From contig NC_043017.1 in the NCBI RefSeq assembly GCF_006345805.1, positions 28,954,001-29,018,000 of the forward strand: DNA of 64,000 nt, in the 5' to 3' direction. The DNA comes from Octopus sinensis. Its lineage: Eukaryota. Position 1 is the first letter of the stretch; each line of letters begins with the position of its first letter. The notes under the pieces are model-generated. The model had not been told where the DNA came from, did no database searches, and saw only the letters and a program-made list of their open reading frames with translations. The position numbers and the translations under genes are program-made. This document shows positions 52,067-63,818 of the stretch, one piece after another.

Positions 52067-53334
52067 TATAATTCTGCCTTCTGTTGGTTGTTTGTAACCC
52101 GCGCTCTTAACCCCAAGATTCCGAGTTCGATTCCAGACAGTGACCTGTATTAAAGAGAAAAAGGAATGCCCAAATATACAAACCTTGATGTTGCTGTACG
52201 ACCTTTAATAGACGAGTGAAAGGGCGTTCATATACTAAATTTAGGATTACGTGGGGCCTCAGATAGTGGGAGTAAGTATATGTTGTAACAATGATATTAA
52301 TTGAGAAGTAGTGAAATGAAGGATAGAGTATAGGAAAAAAATGTGTAATATAATTTTAAAATATATATATATATGCTTATTTCATATATATGAATTTGTA
52401 ACAAGATAAAATGTGCATACAGTATTATTGTGTTGATTTGAAGGGGTAACAAATGATTTCGTTGTAGTATTCAATGCCATTATTTTTTTTATAGTTAAAG
52501 AATTAGAATTAAGGGTCATGTTTGATGATTTACGAGCGGCATTGATTTGCAGGAGAATTTCATATATTTGCTCAATGCTGAAATGTTTGGAGCAGAAAAT
52601 CATTTCACTGAAGTCGGCGCTAGAGCAATATAACATTTTGATATCCTTTTTACTAAACTTTCAGAATATTCATGCTGTGAGGGAATAATTGAAACAACTT
52701 ACACATATTTTAAATGGCTTTTGAATATAATTCTCTCGATGGAAGAAATATTTAAAAATTCTCATAAAGAAAGACATTAAAACCTCTTATTCCAACATCA
52801 TATAATTTTAGATAGAAATTATTCTACGACTTCCAACATTGAACAGTTAGAAATAAAACCAGAAACGAATACATGTGCTTTATGCACCTAGCTTTGATGT
52901 TGCACCCAAGAGTATAAGATTGTGATTTCGATTCTCAACAGCTAGGGGATAATCTTTAAACTTTTTAATTTATATACTTTTATTTGGCCTTTTAATATTA
53001 ATTGCTACTCACCGAAAAGAGCTCTAGATTTAACGATAGACATTTTAGAACCTACACAAATTTTCATCAAAATAATCGCCCCAAACATTAAACTGAATTA
53101 GTGTTCGATCTTAAATATTCTTATCGATTTCTATTTGTTCACTCAAGATTATTAATATTTCTAATTTTTCAATATGTTTACATTATCGTCTTGTCTCTGT
53201 CTTTGTTTCACTTTATATAAATACATAACTATCAATGTCTCTCCCTTTCTTTGTCTCTCTCTTTATATATATATGTGTGTTTGCGCGTGTGTGTGTATGC
53301 GTGTGTGCATATAGACACACACATATATACAGGG

Positions 53335-53631
53335 GGCTATAGAGGGACAAACAAGGACAAGACAAAGGGATTAGGTCGATTAAATCGACCCCAGTGCATA
53401 ACTCGTACTTATTTAATCGACCGCGAAGGGATGAAAGGCAAAGCTGACCTCGGCGGAATTTGAACTCAGAACCTAACGGCAGACAAATTACCGCTAAACA
53501 TTTCGCCCGGCGTGCTAACGATTCTGCCAGCTAGTCGCCATTTTGCCAACTCACCGCCCTATTGCCAACTCGCCGCCATCTTGCCAGTTCGCCGCCTTAT
53601 TGCCAACTCGCCGCCATTTTGCCAACTCGCC

Positions 53632-53637
<6 letters not shown>
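53335..53637 (-). mobile_element. SINE family B with a tandemly amplified 19-bp 5' end
   Basis: B body, then TTGCCAACTCGCCGCCAT-like units at 53543, 53562, 53581, 53600 and 53619. Confidence 0.9.
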
Positions 53638-53679
<42 letters not shown>

Positions 53680-54687
53680 TACATATATATATCATATATA
53701 TATATATATATTTATTTAACACGGTTCTCCAGCATAGCAGCAGTCCTACAACAAAGACTATTATAACAATACAAACATCCACTCCAATTGTTATTGGCGC
53801 TACATAATCCTTAATCATAAGAATTTTCATTTGCTCACATACGATCACCCTTCAGCTTCTGCCTTAACTAATTATCCACATCAATAACTAACCTTCTTTA
53901 TCTTAAGATTCCTTGACATATATGAATTTGTTTTTCATACTAGATAATACACGTTTACGCAGTATTCACACATAACCGCAACTTAAGTGCTTAGATTATC
54001 CATACCGATTTTTTCTTTCAGAAATATGTAATTCTTTCCTCAACCTTTATCTAATTTCTTACAATATCTCCATCCAGCCACGGCAGCATAATTCATTTTA
54101 AGTTTTGTTATATCCCACTGGTATTTTAGATTTTAAATCATCCTCACACACAATTTTAGTTCAATTTCAGTTTGTCATATCCAATAGTAATTTCAGTTCT
54201 TTATAACCTATAACTTTGTATTTTTTCCTCCCACGTCGCTGTATATAAATGAGTTAGCATCCAACTACATTTAAAATTAATGGAACATTTCAGTATCATT
54301 CTATAGATAATTTCACTATATATTTTAGACCCATCTCAATTTATTTTATAGTTATTCCCATTTAATATGAACTTAATTCTCAATATTAATCTAATAAATA
54401 CTTTACTTATGTCATATAAACGTTGCTTTACACTGCTTCAACGTAACACATTACACGCATTTCATATTAGTCACCTGTTTTCAATCATTCAATATCAAAT
54501 TTTAACGTTTATTCTCCTCGTTTTAAGTTCAATGACCCATCAGAAACCATTCGACACTTCGACCATTCGACATTTAATATATTTCACTGTCATCTGTAAA
54601 TTGTCACTTCAACTTGAAAGTATTCTTTTTTTATTCTTAATTTTCGTAACATATTATACCGCATTGCTATTTTTATATAGACCCCAC

Positions 54688-54768
54688 ACTGGTTCTCAGC
54701 TACTGTACTCTATTACTGGTTTCAAGCTACTGTACTCTATTACCGGTTTCCAGCTACTGTACTCTACC
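54688..54768. repeat. 27-bp minisatellite x3
   Basis: ACTGGTT(CTC/TCA/TCC)AGCTACTGTACTCTA(TT/CC). Confidence 0.95.
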
Positions 54769-55015
54769 AAGGACCCGCAATATTAACAGACGAAAGGCTA
54801 TATTGTGAAATAACACCCATCCTAACATATTCAACTTAATATGTCATTCCCCACCTGCATTATTTAAATTAATTTTAATGACTATATACCCTAATATTGA
54901 GCGCAGTACCTACTAAGGACCAGTACTATAAGCAATGAGAAAACTTTACGTTCTAAAATAACAGACATCCTAAAATATTCTACTTAATATTTTATATTCA
55001 CGTTTCATTTTAGTT

Positions 55016-55236
55016 ACTCTCTCTTTACTCTTTTACTGTTTTACTTGTTTCAGATATTTGACTGCGGCCATGCTGGAGCACCGCCTTTAGTCGAGCAAAT
55101 CGACCTCGGGACTTATTCTTTGTAATCCCAGTACTTATTCTGTCGGTCTCTTTGGCCGAACCGCTAAGTGACGGGGATGTAAACACACCAGCATCGGTTG
55201 TCAAGCAATTCTAGGGGGACAAACACAGACACACAA

Positions 55237-55314
<78 letters not shown>

Positions 55315-55360
55315 AACTGAACCTGGAACCATGTGGTTGGTAAGCAAGCTACTTACCACA
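55016..55360 (-). mobile_element. SINE family A with internal deletion
   Basis: 3' half intact; head fragment follows the microsatellite. Confidence 0.9.
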
Positions 55361-56710
55361 AATATGCAGCCCTGAAAGGGGTAATTTCGACAGAAAGCTT
55401 CCAAGTAGCCGACCCGTTTTGAAAATTGTTCAAAATGGCCGCAGCTCTGAGCTGAAGCTACAGAAACAAAAGTAGGAATTCTTATCCAAAGCGTGTCTTT
55501 CAACTCCATCATGTCTTCCACCATATGTATATTATACCTTTTAAATTACAGACCTTAGTATCGTTGACAGACTGACAATTAGTTCTGACAAATCCACATT
55601 CTCAACACAGCAAAAACTACATCATTTCACAACTGGCATTCCTCTTTAGATCACAAAAACCTACATTACTCTCCACCTTCAATAATCCTCACAAAACACC
55701 AGATGTTACGGACACTGGACAGCTACATTTAGAATAATATCATTCCTCATAAGTATACAGATACAGCAGATCGTATTAAAAATGCAGTGAATTCGATTGC
55801 TTATCCTGAATCAACTCCTATCCTAACAACAAGATCTGCTTTACGAAAACGAAAGCGAAAGTATAAATATCGATACCATAGTTGTTTCTCTTTCTCGGAG
55901 CTTACTGTTCTTCTACCACTTCTACTCAATAACTCCTGATGCGGTCTCTTGATCTCTTCCGCGAATACCAATTTCCCAATTTTCCCATTAAATTCTACGC
56001 CAAATTATTTTCCCCCGTATATGTGATGCTCTAGAAACTTTCCCTGAACAACAATGCTTCTTAACTTTGTTTGATTAACAACTGTTAACTACTACATATG
56101 TTAACAGGAACAATCTCATAGGTCTCGGAGAATCTGTGGAAACTGAGAGCAAAGCACCATCTTTCACACCAAACCAATAAATAAAATATAAAAATGATGC
56201 GTTCCACAATATTTACGATTCTTAAATATTTGAAATCCATACAAGATTTGATATTAAAACAAAAAGCAACTTTCATTAGATATATGGCCTCAAATCAATT
56301 TTCGCTCAATGTGTCAAATACATTACAATGTTTTATATATCTATGCGTTAACTGAGATATAATCGCCATTTTATTATTCCAAAGAACATAAAATCGTTCT
56401 CCAATTTCCCTGAATCGCATGACGAATATCATCTGATTATAAAGTTTATTGACAATGCTGCTTTAACAAAAGGAGCAAATAAAACTTGTGGAATTCTATA
56501 ATGTATATCTTGTAGAATAAGTTTATACGAGGAAACTTATGTCCTATATGCTGATTATACCGAAATTAATGTAGTTTTATAGTCGGTACGATGTAAAGAG
56601 CTAAACAGTTGTTGCTGTTGCTATTTAACCCAATGGCATCTTGAATCAGCAGTACTTATGGTCAAAGATATTCCAGCCACGTCCAACTAATTTCGTAGCG
56701 CTATTATATC

Positions 56711-56941
56711 TATTTCTTTACTACCCACAAGGAGCTAAACACAGAGGAGGACAAACAAGGACAGACAAACAGATTAAGTCGATTACATCGACCCCAGTGC
56801 GTAACTGGTACTTATTTAATCGACCCCGAAAGGATGAAAGGCAAAGTCGACCTCAGCGGAATTTGAACTCAGAACGTAACGGCAGACGAAATACAGCTAA
56901 GCATTTCACCCGGCGTGCAAACGTTTCTGCCAGCTCACCGC
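56711..56941 (-). mobile_element. SINE family B monomer with 17-bp TSD
   Basis: CGTAGCGCT(A/G)TTATATC at 56694-56710 and 56942-56958. Confidence 0.93.
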
Positions 56942-57049
56942 CGTAGCGCTGTTATATCATCTGCATTTGTTTTCAAGACCATTAGTGACCTCATAATTAG
57001 TTCGTGTGTTGGTGCAATAGTCAACTAGCTGACAAAGATAATGCTGTGT

Positions 57050-57435
57050 AAGTCAAGTAATGAAAAATATGAGCCTTCTGCTTGGTGCCAAAGATTCCAA
57101 CATCACCATCAAAATACAGGACCAGATACTGCAACAGCTAGGGTTTCAGAGGACCACAGCTCTTTAACATCCTCCCGAAATGCTTGAGAGACTTGCATGG
57201 TGTGGATGTGGGTTTCTTTAAAACTAAACTGGATCTCTTCTTATCGGGAGTCCCAGATGAACCTACCTCACGATAGGAGACGCAGATGCGGGCAGCGGCA
57301 TCGACCTCCCTTATTGACCAAGTGCCACGTATCAGAGGTGGATTCACATATTAGTGTAGCTCATTCAGCGGTGGTGCCCCAGCATGACCGCAGCCTTCGG
57401 GCTGAAGCATTTTTAAGGACTTAAGGATTTAAGGT
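57050..57435 (+). mobile_element. CR1-group LINE 3' end (ORF2 C-terminus, 3' UTR, tail)
   Basis: RYCNS*GFRGPQLFNILPKCLRDLHGVDVGFFKTKLDLFLSGVPDEP; 3' UTR ends GGTGGTGCCCCAGCATGACCGCAGCCTTCGGGCTGAAGCA followed by (TTTAAGGA)-like repeats. Confidence 0.88.
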
Positions 57436-57941
57436 TGACAAGTCCATAATTTAAAGCAAAATTATTGATGTGTCTTGCAGTAATAGATAAGTAAAGGAAT
57501 GATGAATTATTATTTTTCAATGTTTTATATATATATCATATATTACATGAATTAATTAACTTTATTTGCAAGTATCTAAGAGATAATGAGTTATTTTATC
57601 TTTATATCAATATATATTTCGCAAAACATATGACTTCATCTTTGTATTCAGACTTTTATCAGTAATGAATATAGATAATTGTAATGGAACGCTATAACTG
57701 TTCCAAAGATTTTTTTATATTTATTTTTCTAAACAATGATCTTTATCAAATAAAATAGGCAAAAATAACTTTGCACTTACAAGGAAGTTTACACTGCGTA
57801 GCCACAATCTATATATTTGCGACAATTGACTGGCTGAATATAAAGCACTGGACATAATGGTAATTCGATGCAACAGACTGAAAGATAAACAGGGTGAGAT
57901 AGATGATTGATGAAAGGGCTCGTAGAATCATTCGGTGCAGA

Positions 57942-58520
57942 AAAGGCGGCGAGCTGGCAGAATCGTTAGCACGCCAGGCGAAATGCTTAGCGGTATTTTG
58001 TCTGCCGTTACGCTCTGAGTTCAAATTCCGCCGAGGTCGACTTTGTCTTTCATCCTTTCGGGGTCGATCAATTAAGTACCAGTTACGCACTGGGGTCGAT
58101 ATAATCGACTTAATCCGTCTGTCTGTCCTTGTTTGGCCCTTCTGTGTTTAGACCCCTGTGGGTAGTAAAGAAATAGGTATTTCGTCTGCCGTTTACGTTC
58201 TGAGTTCAAATTCCGCCGAGGTCGACTTTGCCTTTCCTCATTTCGGGGTCGATATACTAAGTACCAGTTACGCACTGGGGTCAATATAAACTACTTAATC
58301 GGTCTGTCTGTCTTTGTTTGTCCTTTCGGTGTTTAGACCCCTGTGGGTAGTAAAGAAATAGGAATTTCGTCTGCCGCTAAGTTCTGAGTTCAAATTCCGC
58401 CGAGGTCGATGAAATAGATACCAGTTACTCACTGGGGTCGATGTAATCGACTTAATTCCTTTGTCTGTCCTTTCTTTGTCCCCTCTATGTTTAGCCCATT
58501 GTGGGCATTAAAGAAATAAT
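57942..58520 (+). mobile_element. SINE family B trimer inside a single 16-bp TSD
   Basis: Units start at 57992, 58176 and 58361; AATCATT(C/T)GGTGCAGA at 57926-57941 and 58521-58536. Confidence 0.93.
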
Positions 58521-58885
58521 AATCATTTGGTGCAGAGATTGCATGGCCTCTGTTTATATGTATATGTATTAGTTATATATATTTTCATTACCTTAAGAGC
58601 CGAATGTCTAAGTATCTATGTGTATAATGATACAGCTGCGTTAGTATTGCCATATAAACACATGTATGTACATATTGTGGCTAAAAAGTAAGAAAGCTTA
58701 ACTTTTCCCAATTTTTATACGATTTGACGTGACCCCTGTAATGCTCTTTGTTTCCGACCAGCCTTAATGATAGTAGCCGATGACGTAACAAACCTTCACC
58801 AGGGTAGTAGTAGTATAAATTATAATAATAATAATAACAATAATAATAATAATAATAATAGTAATAATAATAATAATAATAATAA

Positions 58886-59280
58886 AGATCATGAAGAAAA
58901 AATGCTTTCTAATTGATGTATCAATACCGGCAGATGACAACGTGTCTCTAAAAGAAATGGAGAAACTTTCAAAATACAAAGACCTGGAAATAGAGGTAAC
59001 CAGAATGTGGAATCTAAAAACAGAAACAATTCCTATCATAGCAGGTGCATTAGGCATGATAAAAAATTATTCAGACAAATACTTAACAAAAACACCAGGA
59101 CTTACAAGCACATAACATACAGAAAATTGCACTACTAGGCGCTGCACACATCCTACGCAGAACACTTTGCATACAATAACCGTCAGAGCATCACAACAAA
59201 TCACAGCACATACCTAAGGCACACGGAGCTGCGCTCGGTAGTGAAGTGAAAGCACGCTATAAAAATAAAACTACTAAATA
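58886..59280 (+). mobile_element. R4/Dong-clade non-LTR retrotransposon 3' fragment within (TAA)n
   Basis: KKCFLIDVSIPADDNVSLKEMEKLSKYKDLEIEVTRMWNLKTETIPIIAGALG...IQKIALLGAAHILRRTL* (stop 59177-79) is a restriction-like endonuclease C-terminus; TAA repeats on both flanks. Confidence 0.88.
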
Positions 59281-59296
59281 ATAATAATAATAATAA

Positions 59297-59440
59297 CATC
59301 GAAAATTACCTTAGGAATGAGAGCCCAGGTTCGGAATTTCCTCAAGATTCCTAATGAAGGCTGGAGGGTATTTCAGTAGAAACGTTGTGTTAACAACTAA
59401 CAAGATGAGGACAAATATCCGTCGAACGTGAATAATGTAA
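59297..59440 (+). mobile_element. Penelope pseudo-LTR-like fragment with a decayed hammerhead
   Basis: CTAATGA-AGGCTG..CAGTA-GAAAC-GTT-GTGTT with distal TCCTC/GAGGA pairing (59338-59411). Confidence 0.55.
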
Positions 59441-59460
59441 CGTGTATGTGTCGTTGCGTG

Positions 59461-59797
59461 AAGGCGCATGGCTCAGTGGTTAGAGCGTCGAGCTTACGAT
59501 CGTGAGGTTGTGAGCTCGAATCCCGGACGGGGCTGCGTGTTGTGTTCTTGAGCAAGGCACTTTATTTCACGTTGCTCCAGTTCACTCAGCTGTAGAAATG
59601 AGTTGCGACGTCACAGGTGCCAAGCTGTATCGGCCCTTGCCTTTCCCTTGGACAACATCGGTGACGTGGAGAGGGGAGGCCGGTATGCATGGGCGACTGC
59701 TGGTCTTCCATAAAACAACCTTGCCCAGACTTGTGCCTCAGAGGGTATCTCCCTAGGTGCAAACCCATGGTCAGTGCCTGACCGAAGGGGGGTCTTT
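59461..59797 (+). mobile_element. SINE family D (tRNA head, CORE-like central segment)
   Basis: GGCGCATGGCTCAGTGGTTAGAGCG (A box), GAGCTCGAATCCC (B box), CTTGAGCAAGGCACTTTAT...CAGCTGTAGAAATGAG resembling the CORE domain. Confidence 0.82.
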
Positions 59798-60122
59798 ATG
59801 TGTCGTTGCAACATGACTGACCATATGGCTGTAACTTTACAGTATAAACTCTATTCTTTTAGGAAAGCTAGAAAATGGTAGGAATTCCAGCCCTATTAAA
59901 TTTATTGAAGCGTATCTAGGATAAAACATCGCACAGAAAAGAAACAAAGTCTGTTTACGTACTGGAAACATTTAGAAATAAAAGGATAAAAAGTCATGGC
60001 CATTAAATCTGGATGTGTGAAGGAAATTTGGTTATCAGATCTGAATTCAGCATCACAGATTCTGTCGGAAACTGTATGTGACAAACACAATATTGACATT
60101 TGTCGCTTTGTGTTTTTTTATA

Positions 60123-60512
60123 ATTTTATTTGTTTCAGTCATTTGACGGCGGCCATGCTGGAACACCGCCTTTAGTCGAGGAAATCGACCCCAGGACTTA
60201 TTCTCTCTAAGCCTAGTACTTTTTCTATCGGTCGCTTTTGCCCAACCACTAAGTTACGGGGACGTAAACACACCATCATCGGTTGTCAAGCGATGCTGCG
60301 GGGACAAACACACACACACACACACACACACATGTATATACATATATACGACAGGCTTCTTTTCAGTTTCCGTCTACCAAATCCACTCAGAAGGCTTTGG
60401 TCGGCCCGGGGCTATAGTAAAAGTCACTTGCCCAAGGCGCCACACAGTGGGACTGAACCCAGGACCATGTAGTTCGTAAGCAAGCTATTTACCACACAGC
60501 CACACCTGCGCC
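60123..60512 (-). mobile_element. SINE family A, full length
   Basis: Matches the consensus. Confidence 0.92.
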
Positions 60513-62604
60513 AGTGTAATATTTTTTTTAGTTTAATAACTGTACATTATTATAATTAATTTGATTGTAATTGTAAATTATTACTAGAACACCTTCAATG
60601 AGGTTTCTAATAACATTATTTATAGCAATTTATCATTTTGTTATTCTTCTGACGAATAATAAAATATCTCATTCAAAAACTTTCTCTGTGTGTGAGGCGG
60701 GATTGGGGGTATTTTCTACATTGTGTGGTTAATTTATACCTAAGTATTTGACAGCTTGTCTCATCCATAATCTTATTTTAAATTATATTAGTGATTTTAC
60801 TGGAATCTTTTTTTTTTCTTCTATAAGATGGTCTTGCCGCATGTTTCTAAATAGTATTTCACGCCAATGTCCCCACTGAACGTATATATCGTATTAAAGA
60901 ATGTGTCCAGTTTTTATCGCTCCCAGCATCCGTAATGACATAATCCAAATACTGGAAATGACAGATTGACAATCCACAGCATCTAACTATGCATCCAGGA
61001 TGGCATGTCGATTAAAAATCTCAATGAGGAACAAGAGAAATGTAATAGAACGAAGGAGAGAGAGAGAGACGAAGAGATGGAAAAACGTCCTACTGGAGTA
61101 TTCGTCATTGCGTAGGAAATGTTTATGCTTTTAGAATTCTTTCCATTGTTTGGATCTGTACAAGTGTCTTCCATTTACTCAATGGCATATTGGAAGCGCC
61201 TGTAGTTTATTGCTGCTACTTTTCTCATGGCTACTGTTTCAAAGATACACAAATGAGAAAAAAATAGCTGTCAAAAGCCTTGAAGAAATCATTATATGAA
61301 ATGATCTGTCTTTTATATTTCTTCCTTTACAGCATTCAATTATTGATCGGTAATTGATCTTTACATGTATATAAGCCTAGCAACATTATATCTGTTTTTC
61401 CTTACGTATGTTGTTTTGTTTTTTTTTCTTTGTTTTTTTTTTACTAAGTGAATATTTAGAATTAGCAAGAAGATTGATGTGAAAATAAAAATGTACGAAG
61501 TATACAACAAACAACTGTTGTATGCCACAGAGGAAAGATTTTTGTACTTCCTTAATTAATTCAACCGTTGATTTTTTTTTCCCAGCAAATCGTCAGATCA
61601 TCTTCCCAAGAAATTTTTTGGATGAATACTTATAACAAAATGTATTCAACATTTCACTACTTTTCATGTTTTAGTAGACATCTTCATATTGGATAATTAT
61701 TTAGAACATATTGCTTATTTCCTGGATCCATCATTATTTTGGATTGCTTTAGATATTTCCCTTATGCCTATTCAACATATATCGCGAACCCTTTTCAAAT
61801 ATTTATACTTTTTTTTACATCTCAGGACGCCATTAATTCAGATTTTATGTTTCATTAATTTGACAAGATTTTATAGAAGAACCACAATCTTCTTCTTTGA
61901 GGTTTTCAAGACTTTAAATTTTAAGAATTTAAGGATCTCTTCTTTTGTGCCTCTAGCAAATTTTATGAGGTTTTTGAGAGTTTTGTATGATTTATCATCA
62001 TATATTTGCCCTTTAACCTTTTGTAGAGGACGTCGTAGGAGCCATGCGTGCGAGTTTGGTTTGATATATTCGTCATGGAATCACATGCTTCCAAGGTCGA
62101 ACCTACTGCTCAGATCCGTGAGGTAGCGTCTTCGGCAGAATAATGTTATACATGGAAAATGCGGGAATCCTGACAGCTCGTAATCTCTGTCTATCATTCT
62201 AATTCTCACCTTTCTCTCTCACTTTCTAGACAGACAGACAGACAGACAGATAGTTAGATAGATAGATAGATAGACAGACAGCAGACAGACAAATATTGAT
62301 ATATAAATAGATATCTTTGAATAACATTACTTGTCCACAGCAGTTGCTGTTTCAGCTTATATTGCGACCTGTTCTATACGGTAAAATGTTCTTTCAATGG
62401 AACTGACGATAAACCATTTTGAACTGAAACTGAAACGGTAAATCTTCTAGTTGAATTATACTCCAAACATATATAAGAGTCCCCAAAATTATGGCTTCTC
62501 TGCCATGACTAAACCTTAAAATGAATGAATATTAATCTGGATTCCAATGCCGTTAAGTACGGATTAGATGCCTATACACAGTTTGTGAATACCCCCCCCC
62601 CCAA

Positions 62605-63430
62605 AAAAAAAACTATTGCCCTCAAATACAGTTAACCTTCTGTTTGTGCAGCGGGATATTAAAACACCGTTCGTGCTGTGGGGTATGATTTATCCGCCAT
62701 ATTTTTTTTATTAATTTTACAATTATTTATAAAAAAACCACTACCCTCAAATTCAGTTAACCTTCTGTTGGTACGGTGGGATAGTAAAATACTGTCCATG
62801 CAATGGGGTGTAATATATCCCACATATTTTATTTTATTTTTTTATCAATTTTAAAATCTATATATATAAAAGTGAGGTTGTGTGGTGTCTGTCTCCTACG
62901 ATTTAGATTCCTAACTACTCCCACATTTTGCGGTGCAGTTTAACCAAATGCGAGTATCTTATAGTCGTGATTCATATCGAGCCCTTCTGGATATTAGCGC
63001 GCGTCTACGATGAGTCTGCGATAAAAAAAAAATTACCATAATTTTTTCCCATTTTTTATGCATTTTGGCATATATAAGGAAGTAACTCTCTAAAAATGTA
63101 TTATTAAATCTCAGAACGTAAAAAACTACAGTAACACCCCCCTTTGTGGTTAGCCATATTGAGATGGCTATTATACTTTACATCTCTAAAAATGCTTATA
63201 TAGTTATTTCTCTTACAAATCCGATCAACGCCGGTCGATACTGCTAGTTATTTATAAAAAAAGCTACTACCCTCAAATTCAGTTCACCTTCTGTTGATAC
63301 AGCGGTATAGTAAAAGACTTTTCTTGCAGTAGGTTCTGATTTACCCCACATATTTTATTTAATTTTTAAAATTAATTTTACAATTATTTATGAGAAAACT
63401 ACTAGCCTCAAATTCAGCTAACCTTATGTT
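62605..63430 (+). repeat. About 125-135-bp tandem repeat, 4 units, interrupted by a Helitron
   Basis: ACTA..CCCTCAAAT(A/T)CAGTT.ACCTT near 62612, 62737, 63263 and 63398. Confidence 0.85.
62857..63247 (+). mobile_element. Non-autonomous Helitron (about 391 bp)
   Basis: A|TC start, degenerate hairpin CCGATCAACGCCGG, CTAG|T end; colinear with 13814-14209. Confidence 0.9.
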
Positions 63431-63722
63431 TATTGGAAGCATTCTGATGGAAATTGCACAGCAAATTGATGATACCCACTTTTCAAAGTACTAGACTTGT
63501 ATCACGTACAATTCTGTTGATCGTAACTCGAGATGCCATTTGAGTCAGGCGTAAACAATCACTTTTACACTATAATCCTACGAATAATTCACTTGATTCA
63601 AGAATTGAATATTCTGTTTAATTTTCATTTAATTTCAAATTTCTCACTTATACATATATACTATTTGGCTTTTGCTGCCGTTTCGTCAATGTAGCAGGCC
63701 AATCATAGAAGTATATTGAATA

Positions 63723-63773
<51 letters not shown>

Positions 63774-63778
63774 TTATT

Positions 63779-63818
<40 letters not shown>

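Noticed and set aside
53597-53848. Hydrophobic stretch VCIVIIVFVVGLLLCW as a viral envelope transmembrane anchor
   Set aside because: Upstream frames are no more open than random AT-rich DNA and no fusion-protein motifs were found.
47400-58520. CRISPR-like or satellite interpretation of the regularly repeated 185-bp units
   Set aside because: Eukaryotic context, no unique spacers, no cas genes; the units are SINE B bodies.
61689-62126. 145-aa non-repetitive ORF (TTG start)
   Set aside because: No recognisable domain, F/L/I-rich composition expected from T-rich DNA, and no supported neighbouring exons; an exon near 62027-62122 cannot be excluded.
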